The notes beneath the pieces are model-generated. The model saw only the letters and a program-made list of their open reading frames with translations. It did not search any database and was not told the DNA's origin. From an uncultured Alphaproteobacteria bacterium (lineage in GTDB: Bacteria; Pseudomonadota; Alphaproteobacteria; HIMB59; GCA-002718135), in contig CACIRR010000003.1 in the NCBI GenBank assembly GCA_902589095.1, forward strand, positions 1 to 55,029: a stretch of 55,029 nt of DNA. Direction: 5' to 3'. Below are positions 1 to 9,708 of this stretch, one piece after another (within the stretch, counting starts at the first letter, position 1; every line of letters starts with the position of its first letter). The position numbers were made by a program, and so were the translations under genes.

Positions 1-57
1 ATAATCAATAGCAAATAATAAATCTCGCGAAGAAAGACTGATTATTTTATTTTTCAC
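1..57 (-). CDS. Possible 5' end of a gene running off the window (MKNKIISLSSRDLLFAIDY...)
   Basis: GTG at 57-55, 10 bp after the stop of the FGE-domain gene, open to position 1; too short to identify. Confidence 0.3.
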   Translation of the reverse strand, partial: MKNKIISLSSRDLLFAIDY

Positions 58-67
58 TTTTTTATTT

Positions 68-757
68 TTATACGTCATAAACACATCTAAAACCTAAAGT
101 TGATGCTCGGTTCATTCCCTCATTTAATAATTGAAGTTTCCAATGATAATTATTTTTTCTTGCTCCTCCACCGACATGCCAATGATCTTGTGCATAAAAA
201 AAACTCCCACCTCTTAAAAGTGCAAATTTATGTTCCCCGTCATCATAAACTCCAGACGTCCATTCCCAGATATTACCACTTAAATCTTCACACCCACACC
301 AGCTAGCTCCTTTTTTATACGCATTTACAGGTGTTAATGCACCATGATCATGATTACAAACCAAGGGATCAAATATATCGCCCCAAGGCCATTCTAAATA
401 GTTTGGGCCAGCAGCGATGTATTGCCATTCTTCATCAGTTGGAAGTCTTCCACCAACCCATTTAGCATATTGCATTGCATCATGTTGGGATACACAAACT
501 ACAGGATAATTATTTTTAATTTTATTTGGATTATGTGCTAAAAATCTTTGAGGGTCTGCTGGTTTATAACCTGTGCTTTTTATAAAATTTAAGAATTGTT
601 GATTTGTCACTGGATATTTATCTACGTATAAATTTTTAATAAAAACATTCTTTGGTCCATGATCTAACGAACAAGTCCCTTCTAAGGTAAGGTGTGCAAC
701 TCTATAAATATACTCAGATGAATCTATGAATATTTTATTATTTTGAATAGATTTCAT
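68..757 (-). CDS. Formylglycine-generating enzyme (FGE-sulfatase/SUMF1) domain protein
   Basis: Motifs DKYPVTNQQF, GGRLPTDEEWQY, WPWG, DLSGNIWEW, RGGSF, GFRC; directly follows a sulfatase. ATG at 757 preferred to 793, which overlaps the upstream gene. Confidence 0.85.
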   Translation of the reverse strand: MKSIQNNKIFIDSSEYIYRVAHLTLEGTCSLDHGPKNVFIKNLYVDKYPVTNQQFLNFIKSTGYKPADPQRFLAHNPNKIKNNYPVVCVSQHDAMQYAKWVGGRLPTDEEWQYIAAGPNYLEWPWGDIFDPLVCNHDHGALTPVNAYKKGASWCGCEDLSGNIWEWTSGVYDDGEHKFALLRGGSFFYAQDHWHVGGGARKNNYHWKLQLLNEGMNRASTLGFRCVYDV

Positions 758-767
758 ATATAAATAA

Positions 768-2042
768 TTATGTAAGATCTTTAACAGTATCAATAAAAAA
801 AGGTGATTTAATATGATTATTTAGCAAAGGATCTTTTGTTGATTTCATCCACTTAGTAATCTTTCTCAAAAGGTCTTGTCTTATTTTTTTATATTTCTTA
901 TTTTGAGCTAAATTTTTTTTTTCAAATTTATCTTTTTTGATATGATAGAGCTCATAACGGTCTCTTACATTAATCATTTGTTTTAACATTGCTTTGTATG
1001 TAGGGCCCATCATTACGTCTCCTGGAACCCTTATTATTTTATCTGAGTCAAAATTTATTATTAATTTATAATTTTTGTCTCTTATACATCGTATTGGATC
1101 AAATAAATCATGGTACGTTTTTTCTGCAAATATGTTTTTATTTTCGTTATATTTTTTATTCATGATCAATGGGTAAAAGCTTTTTCCCTGAATAATTTTT
1201 GGTATTTTTATTTTTGCAAAATCCAACAAGGTTGGCAGAATATCAATATTTGAAATTAATTCTTTGAATTTTTTATTTTTAATTTTAAGCTTAGGATAAG
1301 AAATAATTAAACTAGTTTCAATTCCAGCATCATACAGCGTACCTTTTGCTCTTGGAAAGGGTATTCCGTGATCTGTCGTGAATAATATTATTGTATTTTC
1401 ATAAAGGTTTGTTCTTTTTAAAATATTAATAATTTTACCAACTGAGTCATCCATTTTTTTTATTGCTCCTTGCATTGATGCAAACTCTTTTCTAATATCA
1501 TGATTATTTGGAATATATTTTGGAACAGATATGCCCTTAGATTTAAAGGGTTTAACTCCCCCAAAATCAAAAGGTCGATGAGGTTCAAAGAAATTTATCT
1601 CTGCATAAAAAGGTTTTTTAAATAAATTGCTATCAATATTTTCTCTTATATTTTTGACTACTGCATCTGCAGGTCTTTCTGGAAAAATTTTTTTGAAACC
1701 TAAGGTTTTCTCATTGTAAGTAACATGCTGTAATCCAAAAAGAATTGAGTTATAAGCATTCTTCAAAAAATATTTTGCAATATGATCAACCTTTTCATCA
1801 AGACTCCAACCAAAATGGGCATGGGCCAAACCCAAAACACCATTATTATGAGGATACAAACCGGTTGCTATTGCAGCTCTGCTAGGACTGCAACCTGGAC
1901 TTGTTGCATATGAATTTTCAAATAAAATTCCGTTTTTTGCAAGAGCATCAATTGCTTTTGTGCTAACAGACTTAACTCCATAACACCCAAGATGCTTGCC
2001 AATATCATGACATATAATTTTAATAATATTTGGATGAGTCAA
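768..2042 (-). CDS. Cys-type sulfatase, N-sulfoglucosamine sulfohydrolase (sulfamidase)-like
   Basis: CSPSRAAIATG sulfatase signature, EPHRPF, TTDHG, PFPRAKGTLYDAG, YELY. Confidence 0.88.
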   Translation of the reverse strand: MTHPNIIKIICHDIGKHLGCYGVKSVSTKAIDALAKNGILFENSYATSPGCSPSRAAIATGLYPHNNGVLGLAHAHFGWSLDEKVDHIAKYFLKNAYNSILFGLQHVTYNEKTLGFKKIFPERPADAVVKNIRENIDSNLFKKPFYAEINFFEPHRPFDFGGVKPFKSKGISVPKYIPNNHDIRKEFASMQGAIKKMDDSVGKIINILKRTNLYENTIILFTTDHGIPFPRAKGTLYDAGIETSLIISYPKLKIKNKKFKELISNIDILPTLLDFAKIKIPKIIQGKSFYPLIMNKKYNENKNIFAEKTYHDLFDPIRCIRDKNYKLIINFDSDKIIRVPGDVMMGPTYKAMLKQMINVRDRYELYHIKKDKFEKKNLAQNKKYKKIRQDLLRKITKWMKSTKDPLLNNHIKSPFFIDTVKDLT

Positions 2043-2048
2043 AAAAAA

Positions 2049-2903
2049 TTAACCTTTTACTGATCCAGCAGTTAAGCCATTAATAACTCTTTCCTGGAAT
2101 AATACAAATACAGTTATACTTGGCAAAATACTAATTACCACTGCAGCAAACATTCCTACATAATCTGAAAAGAATTGATTAGTAAAATAACTTATTCCAA
2201 ATTGAATAGTTCTTATGTCTGTTGAAGATGTCAAAAGCATTGCATAGATAAATTCATTCCAACACAAAATAAATTGAAACGTTCCCGCAGTTGCCAAGCC
2301 TGGCAAAGCTAAAGGTAACATAATCCTAAAATATCTAGCAGCAAAATTACAACCATCTAAAAATGACGCCTCTTCAATTTCCTTGGGTATGGATTTAAAA
2401 AACTCTGTAAGAATAAATGTTGAGACAGGAAGTCCAACAGCACAATAAACTAAAATTAGTCCAAACCTTGTATCATAAAGATTTAAAAAATTAATAATTG
2501 CAAAATAAGGAATTATCAGTGCATTTAATGGAACTAATATACCAGCCGTTATCATTAAAAATAGAACATTCTTTCCCCAAAAAGTATGTCGAGCTATTGC
2601 AAATGCACACATTGATGAAAATAAAATATTTAAGAAGGTTGCACTGGTACTAATTACTAAAGAATTAATTATTAGCTTTCCTAGTCCTGCCTCACGAATA
2701 GCATTAGAATAATTTTGAAATTGAAATACCGCTGGTAGTTTAAATGGGTCATCAAGTAATTCTGCATTAGTTTTCAATGAGGCGAGCACCAACCATAGAA
2801 AAGGAAATACTGCATAAAAGACAAAGGATATTATGATTACCCATTTAAAAATAAAATAAAAGTTTGAAGATAGATCTCTTTGCATTTTAGTTATAGGTTT
2901 CAC
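2049..2903 (-). CDS. Carbohydrate ABC transporter permease (MalG-like)
   Basis: Hydrophobic helices, EAA loop IPKEIEEASFLDG, C-terminal GLTAGSVKG. Confidence 0.92.
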   Translation of the reverse strand: MKPITKMQRDLSSNFYFIFKWVIIISFVFYAVFPFLWLVLASLKTNAELLDDPFKLPAVFQFQNYSNAIREAGLGKLIINSLVISTSATFLNILFSSMCAFAIARHTFWGKNVLFLMITAGILVPLNALIIPYFAIINFLNLYDTRFGLILVYCAVGLPVSTFILTEFFKSIPKEIEEASFLDGCNFAARYFRIMLPLALPGLATAGTFQFILCWNEFIYAMLLTSSTDIRTIQFGISYFTNQFFSDYVGMFAAVVISILPSITVFVLFQERVINGLTAGSVKG

Positions 2904-3759
2904 TTTTTAATAATTTACGAAGTGATAATAAAAGAATAGCACCAATTGCTATCATTATCACTCCTGCGGCATTTCCTCGACCAAGTCTTTGTACTGATAA
3001 TTCATTCCAGATATAAACAACAAGCACTTGTGTTTTATTTGCGGGTCCTCCCGCAGTCATCAAATATACATATTCAAACTGTCTTAAGTTAAATATGACA
3101 GCTAAAATTATACATAGAAAAAAAGTACTTTTAATTAACGGTGCAGTAATATGTAGATCTTTTTGAAATTGGCTAGCTCCATCTATATTAGCTGCATCAT
3201 AATAATCCTCTGAAATGCCCGCAGTTTTTGCAAGCATAATAACCATAAAATATCCAACATAACACAAAGAGAAACCAATTAAGGCTGCATTTGCTGTTCT
3301 TATATTACCAAGCCAGTTGTGATTTTTATAATCAGAAAAACCAATGTAGTCTAACAAGAAATTAACTAAACCATATTCTGCATTGAACATAGCAGCCCAT
3401 AACATAGCTATCGCAGCTGATGACACAACCTGAGGAATAAATAGAACTGTTCTAAATACTTTCCATCCTCTAGACCTATGAGCCAAAAGTAATGCAATTA
3501 TTAGTGCTAAAGGAACAGTAATTAAAGCAGCAGTAAGGCACCAATATAGATTATTGGTTATTGCTCTTACAAAAGATTTTTTATTAAATAATTTAGTGTA
3601 ATTTTCTAGACCAACAAATTCTGCACTAATTCCATCCCAGTTAGTAAAACTTGTAACAAAAAGAAAAAGAATAGGTATGATAAAAAAAAGAAAAAAAAGA
3701 ATAATTGCAGGGGCAATAAATAACAGAAGCCATACAACTTCATCTTTTTTTATTTGCAT
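2887..3759 (-). CDS. Carbohydrate ABC transporter permease (MalF-like)
   Basis: FVGLENY, EAA loop YYDAANIDGA, VYLMTAGGPA. Confidence 0.92.
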   Translation of the reverse strand: MQIKKDEVVWLLLFIAPAIILFFLFFIIPILFLFVTSFTNWDGISAEFVGLENYTKLFNKKSFVRAITNNLYWCLTAALITVPLALIIALLLAHRSRGWKVFRTVLFIPQVVSSAAIAMLWAAMFNAEYGLVNFLLDYIGFSDYKNHNWLGNIRTANAALIGFSLCYVGYFMVIMLAKTAGISEDYYDAANIDGASQFQKDLHITAPLIKSTFFLCIILAVIFNLRQFEYVYLMTAGGPANKTQVLVVYIWNELSVQRLGRGNAAGVIMIAIGAILLLSLRKLLKSETYN

Positions 3760-3769
3760 AAATAGATAA

Positions 3770-3798
3770 AACTATGAGGTAATGAATACCTCATAGTT
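3770..3798 (-). terminator. Stem-loop after the solute-binding protein gene (partial terminator or mRNA stabiliser)
   Basis: AACTATGAGGTA-atgaa-TACCTCATAGTT, perfect 12-bp inverted repeat. Confidence 0.7.
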
Positions 3799-3808
3799 AT
3801 TTAGATTA

Positions 3809-5065
3809 TTATTCGGCGTCTTTTAGCATTTCAACAGCGCCCTCTGGTGTCACTTCACCTAAAGCTAAAGCTGACAATGCTTGTGGAAATTCACTTACAA
3901 TTGGTAAAGAACCCATTCCGTTCATGAATGTTTTAGCTACATAAGGAGCATTTCCTTTTTGCTCATTCATTTCAATGAATAGTCTGTCCATATCGCTAGG
4001 TAAATCAGCCTTTACAATAAACATCGCGCCAGAACTATAAGATAGTCTTGCAACATTTTCTGGAGTTGTTAACCATTTTAAGAATTTTACAACCGCTTCT
4101 TCTTTTGCTGGATCAGATTGTTTACCAGCAGCTAAAGAAGATTGCTTTCCACCAACATAGCCACCTGGAGCACCTTCTCCACCAGTTAGCATTGGAGCTG
4201 GAGCTACACCTATATTTTCATGCAAGCCAGGTATACCATCAGAAGTATAACGAGCGATGAACCAAGGTCCATTCATGAAAACTGCAGTTCTTTCATTTAA
4301 GAAATGTCCACCAGAGACACCCGCATCTGCACCAACTGCATCACTTGTAGTGTATTGATACATTTTTTCCATAACTTCAAAAGCTTTTACAAAAGCAGGA
4401 TCATCAAGTCCTCTCTCATAAACATTTGGTCCACCAGCTGAAGCTAGTGCTTGAGAAAACCACAACATTGAGGTCCAAGCATTTTTAGCTGTCATTTGTG
4501 ACGTACAAACTTTTCCTGTTGCAGTAACAGCTTCGCACATTTTGAAGAATTCATCATACGTAGCAGGAAACTCATCATAACCAGCAGCTTTTAATAATTT
4601 TTTATTATAAGTAACTGGTGTCACAAAAAGTTCATATGGCAGATTAGTTAATTGACCGCCCATCATATTACTTTCAAGAGCTCCTTCTGGGTAAACATTA
4701 TTCCAATGTGAGTCAGAAGCTACATGAGGAGCAAGATCCATTGCCTTGCCACTTCTGTGCAAAATACTCAGTAAGTCTGCGCCAACTGTAAATATATCTG
4801 GCAAATCACCAGTAGATATCTGAGCAGTTAATTTTTGTGCATAAATATCGTAATCAGTTTGTTCCTCTATTACAACTTTTATAGAACCTGAATTTGCAGA
4901 ATTGAATTCATCTACAAGTTCACTAATAACTGTTGACTTTGAGTCTTTTCCAACCCAAATTGATGGCCAGTTAATTGTAATTTCTGCAGAAGCTACTGTC
5001 GAAATTACAGTTAGTGAAGTTGAAATGAAAACTACTGAAAATAATTTTAATATTGATTTAATCAT
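3809..5065 (-). CDS. Sugar ABC transporter solute-binding protein (family 1)
   Basis: Signal peptide ending ASA, GDLPDIF, YNKKLLKAAG, AVFMNGPW; GGAGG RBS upstream; precedes two permeases. Confidence 0.9.
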   Translation of the reverse strand: MIKSILKLFSVVFISTSLTVISTVASAEITINWPSIWVGKDSKSTVISELVDEFNSANSGSIKVVIEEQTDYDIYAQKLTAQISTGDLPDIFTVGADLLSILHRSGKAMDLAPHVASDSHWNNVYPEGALESNMMGGQLTNLPYELFVTPVTYNKKLLKAAGYDEFPATYDEFFKMCEAVTATGKVCTSQMTAKNAWTSMLWFSQALASAGGPNVYERGLDDPAFVKAFEVMEKMYQYTTSDAVGADAGVSGGHFLNERTAVFMNGPWFIARYTSDGIPGLHENIGVAPAPMLTGGEGAPGGYVGGKQSSLAAGKQSDPAKEEAVVKFLKWLTTPENVARLSYSSGAMFIVKADLPSDMDRLFIEMNEQKGNAPYVAKTFMNGMGSLPIVSEFPQALSALALGEVTPEGAVEMLKDAE

Positions 5066-5305
5066 TAGTCCTCCAATTTTCTTAAAGGTTTAAAACATAC
5101 TTATACTTTATACAAGAGTAAAAAGTGTTAGAAATTTTATAAAATTAAACAAAATTGGGTAAATATTTTGTTTAAAAAAAAATAAAAAATCACTAAATTA
5201 AAAAAAAAATAAATTCTTGAGTTATCAATACAATAAAGTATTTAAATTATGGAAATCAGCCAAATAAATTATTAATTTTAAGAAAATTTGAGGTAAAAAC
5301 AAAGT

Positions 5306-6328
5306 ATGAAATCTAGCAATATTGGAAAATTTATACACATTAAAAAATTATGTAACGATCAAGGTCATTTACAAATGCTCGCAATCGATCAAAGACCACC
5401 AATATTTAATTTAATAAAAAATAAAAAAAAGAGATATATCTACAAGGATGTCGTCGATTTTAAAAAACATATATCACTAAGCCTATCTAAGCACTCCACT
5501 GCTATACTAATGGATCCGGTTTATTCAGTGCCTAATTTAATTACTTCAAGTAAAAGTAAAGGCTTGATAGTTACTCTTGAAGATCATGATTTTATTGAAA
5601 AAGATAAAGGTAGATATTCAAAAAATATTAAAAATTGGTCAGTTGAAAAAATAAAAAGAATGGGTGGTGATGCTGTCAAAGTACTAGCTTGGTATCGACC
5701 TGATGCTGATGAAAAATCTATTGAACATCAAAAAAAATATATAGCAACAATAGGCAGGGAATGTCAAAAATATGATATTCCTTTTTTATTAGAACTATTG
5801 GTTTATCCATTTAAAAATGAAATTGGATATTCAAAAGACTATAAAGAGCAACTATATAAAAATCACAATCATGTAATTGATAGTGTGAAAGAATTTTCTA
5901 AAGCAAAATACAAAGTTGATATTTTTAAATTAGAAAGTCCTGTAGATAGTAACCAATTACAAAATAGTAAATTCACTAAAGCTACAGAAGATGCTTTCAA
6001 AGAATTGTCTAAGGCAACAAGAAATATTCCATGGGTAATGCTTTCCTCCGGGATGAGTAAGAATTCTTTTTTTAATTGCTTAAAATTAGCTTATAAAAAT
6101 GGTGCCTCGGGATATCTTGCGGGCAGAACTATTTGGCTAGATGCTTTTAAAGATTATCCAAATTATAAAAAAATAATAACAAAGCTTAATAAGGAAAGTC
6201 TAAGTTATGTTAAAAAATTAAATGAACTTACGAATAAAAACGCTCTATCTTTAGAAAAATTTTTAACACAAAAACTAATCCAAAAAAACGCTGCAAATTT
6301 TAAAGCTATTTATAAAGGCTTTCGATGA
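5306..6328 (+). CDS. Class I aldolase of the LacD/YihT family (tagatose-1,6-bisphosphate or sulfofructose-1-phosphate aldolase)
   Basis: MLAIDQR, AVKVL, PFLLE, DIFKLE (Schiff-base Lys), WVMLSSG, GASGYLAGR. Confidence 0.85.
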   Translation: MKSSNIGKFIHIKKLCNDQGHLQMLAIDQRPPIFNLIKNKKKRYIYKDVVDFKKHISLSLSKHSTAILMDPVYSVPNLITSSKSKGLIVTLEDHDFIEKDKGRYSKNIKNWSVEKIKRMGGDAVKVLAWYRPDADEKSIEHQKKYIATIGRECQKYDIPFLLELLVYPFKNEIGYSKDYKEQLYKNHNHVIDSVKEFSKAKYKVDIFKLESPVDSNQLQNSKFTKATEDAFKELSKATRNIPWVMLSSGMSKNSFFNCLKLAYKNGASGYLAGRTIWLDAFKDYPNYKKIITKLNKESLSYVKKLNELTNKNALSLEKFLTQKLIQKNAANFKAIYKGFR

Positions 6329-7701
6329 TTGGGTGCTTTAGTTTAGCAAGAGAAACTTTTGATATTAAATTTGCCAAGAAAAAATTAGCAACAACCAAAA
6401 GAATAATAAAAAAATTAAATAAAAATATAAATTTTTTTGATGAGTTAATAACTAATGATGAAATTGGAAAAAGCGCTTTAAAACACTTTGAAAATATTAA
6501 ATGCACAAAGTTTATAGTTATTCAATCAACTTTTACTGATGCAAAATTTATTTCTTCTTTTGTTAAGAAATTTAAAAAACCTGTATTATTTATTTCATTT
6601 AAAGAAAAAAGATCGGGCGGACGCTTAAGATTGAATTCACTTTGTGGAGTAAATTTAGGATTACATGCATTAATTAAAAGTAAATTTTATTCTAATTTTA
6701 TAATTTTCAAGACTGAGGAGCGATCTTTTTCAAATGAAATATTAAAATTTATTAAAAATAAGAATAATTTTACTAAAAAAAATTATTTGAGAAAAATAAA
6801 TTCAAAAAATATTAATAATAGAATTATCAATTTTAAAAAACCACAGTTAGGGCTGATCGGTGAAAGGCCAGAAGGCTTTGATACTTGTGATTTTAATAAT
6901 GAAGATTTAAAATCCAAGTTTAATGCCAAAATAAAAAAGATAAAATTGCAAAATTTATTTAATATTTCAAGCAAGGTTGATAAAAAAATAATCAATGCAA
7001 CAAAGAAAAATATAAGCAAAAAACTTAAACATATAAATCAAGTAAACCAAAAAGAACTGAATAAAAGTATATCTCTATTCCATGGTCTTAAACAAGTTCA
7101 ACAAAAACAAAATATTGATGCATTTGCAGTTCGTTGTTGGCCTGAAATGTTCACAGAGTATGGTTGTGCTTCATGTGGACCAATGGCTATGATGAATGAA
7201 AATAAAATAAGCTCTGCTTGTGAAGCTGATGTACTTGGAAGCTTAACATGCAACATTTTAAATCAATTAAATAACAAGCCAGCTTTATTAGTCGATATTG
7301 TCGATGTGGATGACAGAGATAATACCACTGTTTTTTGGCATTGTGGACTAGCCCCTATAAGTATGGCAGAGAAAAATACACCCAGTGCCACAGTTCACTC
7401 TAATAGAAGAAAGCCTCTTCTGCATAACTTTGCGCTTAAGTCAGGTGATATAACAATTTTTCGTGTTTCAAAATCAGAAAATAAATTAAAATTTATAGTA
7501 ATGAATGGAACAGTGCTTAAAAGAAAAAATTCTTTTTCTGGAACTTCAGGAGTAATAAGTTTAGGTAAAAATACACACAACAAAATAAAAAATTTATTTT
7601 TAAGCGGTTTAGAACATCATGTAGGGTTTACTTATGGAAATGTGCTTGAAGATATTAAAAGCTTAGGAAAGCAGTTAAGAATACCTACATATACAATATG
7701 A
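6325..7701 (+). CDS. L-fucose/L-arabinose isomerase-family protein; candidate sulfoquinovose isomerase (SqvD/SftI type)
   Basis: RLNSLCG, AVRCWPE, ACEADVLG, FWHCG, GLEHH; ATGA overlap with the aldolase gene. Confidence 0.8.
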   Translation: MIGCFSLARETFDIKFAKKKLATTKRIIKKLNKNINFFDELITNDEIGKSALKHFENIKCTKFIVIQSTFTDAKFISSFVKKFKKPVLFISFKEKRSGGRLRLNSLCGVNLGLHALIKSKFYSNFIIFKTEERSFSNEILKFIKNKNNFTKKNYLRKINSKNINNRIINFKKPQLGLIGERPEGFDTCDFNNEDLKSKFNAKIKKIKLQNLFNISSKVDKKIINATKKNISKKLKHINQVNQKELNKSISLFHGLKQVQQKQNIDAFAVRCWPEMFTEYGCASCGPMAMMNENKISSACEADVLGSLTCNILNQLNNKPALLVDIVDVDDRDNTTVFWHCGLAPISMAEKNTPSATVHSNRRKPLLHNFALKSGDITIFRVSKSENKLKFIVMNGTVLKRKNSFSGTSGVISLGKNTHNKIKNLFLSGLEHHVGFTYGNVLEDIKSLGKQLRIPTYTI

Positions 7702-8786
7702 ACGCAACTACAAAATATGGAATTATTGGAACTGGTGTAATGGGCCAAGAACATATTCAAAATATAAATATAATTGAAAATGCAGAAGTAGTAGCAATTT
7801 GTGATACTAATGAAGGCTCTAAAAACAAGGCCAAGTCATTAGTCAAAGAGTCAACAATATTTTATAATAATTTAAATGAATTAATAAGTGCAAATACTGC
7901 AGATGCTTATATTATTGCTACACCCAATTATACACATATAGATGTATTAGAACAAATATTAGTAACAAACAAACATTTGTTAGTTGAAAAACCATTGTGC
8001 ACAACGACTGAAGATTGTAAAAAATTTGAGCTACTTTCAAAAGATTATTCAAAGATAATTTGGACTGGAATGGAATATAGATATATGCCACCTGTAAAAC
8101 GTTTGATTGATGAAGTTCATAATAATGTCATTGGTAATATTAAAATGTTATCAATACGTGAACATCGATTTCCTTTTTTACACAAAGTTGATGATTGGAA
8201 TAGATTTGCTATTAACACAGGAGGTACATTAGTTGAAAAATGTTGTCACTTCTTTGACTTGATGCGACTCGTTATTCAAAGTGAGCCAATCAAAGTTTAT
8301 GCAAGCGGAAATCAAGATGTTAATCATTTGGATGAAAAATATGATGGTAAAACTCCAGATATTATAGACAATGCATATGTAATTGTTGATTTTGAAAACG
8401 GTGCACGAGCAATGCTTGATTTATGTATGTTTGCAGAAAATTCAGAATACCAAGAAGAAATAGTGGCTGTTGGTGACCTAGGAAAAGTTGAAACATTTGT
8501 TCCGTCCAGTGCTTCAGGTAAAGACTCTTCAGAAGTTATAATTGGTATACGAAAAGATAATGTTGTTAAATCAACAGAAATAAAAGTTGATAAGGAAATT
8601 TTATTAGCAGGTCATCATCACGGTTCAACTTATTATGAACATTTAGCATTTATAAATGCTATTCAAAAAAATGAAAAACCTGAAGTATCTTTAAGAGATG
8701 GATTAATGTCAGTAGCTATTGGTGAGGCAGCTGAAAACTCTATCAAAGAAAACAGAGTTGTATTTATGAAAGAATTTAATTTATAA
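7698..8786 (+). CDS. sqgA: Gfo/Idh/MocA protein resembling NAD+-dependent sulfoquinovosidase (GH188)
   Basis: GIIGTGVMG, EKPL, GMEYRY, EHRFPFLHKVDDWNRF, GGTLVEKCCHFFDL, GHHHGSTYYEH; sulfoglycolytic context. Confidence 0.7.
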   Translation: MNATTKYGIIGTGVMGQEHIQNINIIENAEVVAICDTNEGSKNKAKSLVKESTIFYNNLNELISANTADAYIIATPNYTHIDVLEQILVTNKHLLVEKPLCTTTEDCKKFELLSKDYSKIIWTGMEYRYMPPVKRLIDEVHNNVIGNIKMLSIREHRFPFLHKVDDWNRFAINTGGTLVEKCCHFFDLMRLVIQSEPIKVYASGNQDVNHLDEKYDGKTPDIIDNAYVIVDFENGARAMLDLCMFAENSEYQEEIVAVGDLGKVETFVPSSASGKDSSEVIIGIRKDNVVKSTEIKVDKEILLAGHHHGSTYYEHLAFINAIQKNEKPEVSLRDGLMSVAIGEAAENSIKENRVVFMKEFNL

Positions 8787-9704
8787 ATTGAAAAATTCTT
8801 TTGCAGTTTTAGCTATAAATTCACTTACTCTTTTGTTAGACTCTTCAGTCACTCCTGCAACATGGGGACTGAGTATGCAATTTGTATTTTTTTTAACTTT
8901 TTCTAAAAAAGCTTTAGGTACAGGTTCTGTATTGTAAACATCAAGTGCAAATCCTGAAATCAGCTTTTCTTCATAGGCTCTTAATAAATCTTGTTCGTTA
9001 ACGATAGAACCTCGTGACGAATTAATGATAATAGGCTGTTTTACCATTTTCTTGAAAGTATTATAATTTAATAAATTTTTAGTATTTTCAGTGAGAGGTA
9101 AGTGAATTGAAATTACATCTGACATTCTAAAAACATCATTTATATCAATTAATTTTGTATCAAATTGATTACCAACACTTGGATCAAGATATGGATCGTA
9201 GGCAATTATTTTTGCTTCAAAAACTTTAGCTAGGGTAGATACTTTTTTTGCAATTAAACCAAAACCAAGCAAACCAATTGTCTTGCCCCTAAGTTCTCTT
9301 GAACTAATTGAGGTTCGAGGCCAATTTCCAATCAAAGTTTCTTGGTGCATTAAAGGAATATTTTTTAACAAGGTAAGAGCTGCATTAATAACATATTCAG
9401 CAACGGAGTCAGCATTCATACCTGTAGCTGGTTGCACATGAATATTATGATTTTTACAATATACGGTATCTATATTATCAAGACCAACACCCAAACGCCC
9501 AACAAATTTTAGATTATTCGCCTTATCAAGAACTTCTTTAGTAACTTGTGTTTTATTTCTTACAATTAAAGCATCAAAACTATTAATTATTTTTTTTAAT
9601 TCAGTATTATTAGTTGAAAGATCATGATCTACCGTAACCTCAAAATTAGTTTTTAGTAGCTCAACATATTCGACATCCATAAATTCAGTTATCAAAATTT
9701 TCAT
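8781..9704 (-). CDS. slcC: D-2-hydroxyacid dehydrogenase, (S)-sulfolactate dehydrogenase-like
   Basis: ILITEFMD N-terminus, LIVRNKTQV, GRLGVGLDNID, PATGMNADSVAEY, PHVAGVTEESNKRVS; same operon as comDE. Confidence 0.75.
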   Translation of the reverse strand: MKILITEFMDVEYVELLKTNFEVTVDHDLSTNNTELKKIINSFDALIVRNKTQVTKEVLDKANNLKFVGRLGVGLDNIDTVYCKNHNIHVQPATGMNADSVAEYVINAALTLLKNIPLMHQETLIGNWPRTSISSRELRGKTIGLLGFGLIAKKVSTLAKVFEAKIIAYDPYLDPSVGNQFDTKLIDINDVFRMSDVISIHLPLTENTKNLLNYNTFKKMVKQPIIINSSRGSIVNEQDLLRAYEEKLISGFALDVYNTEPVPKAFLEKVKKNTNCILSPHVAGVTEESNKRVSEFIAKTAKEFFNL

Positions 9705-9708
9705 AAAA

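Noticed and set aside
5100-5116. Possible GntR-type box CTTATACTTTATACAAG in the SBP/aldolase divergent region
   Set aside because: Only one good half-site, and no cognate regulator in the window
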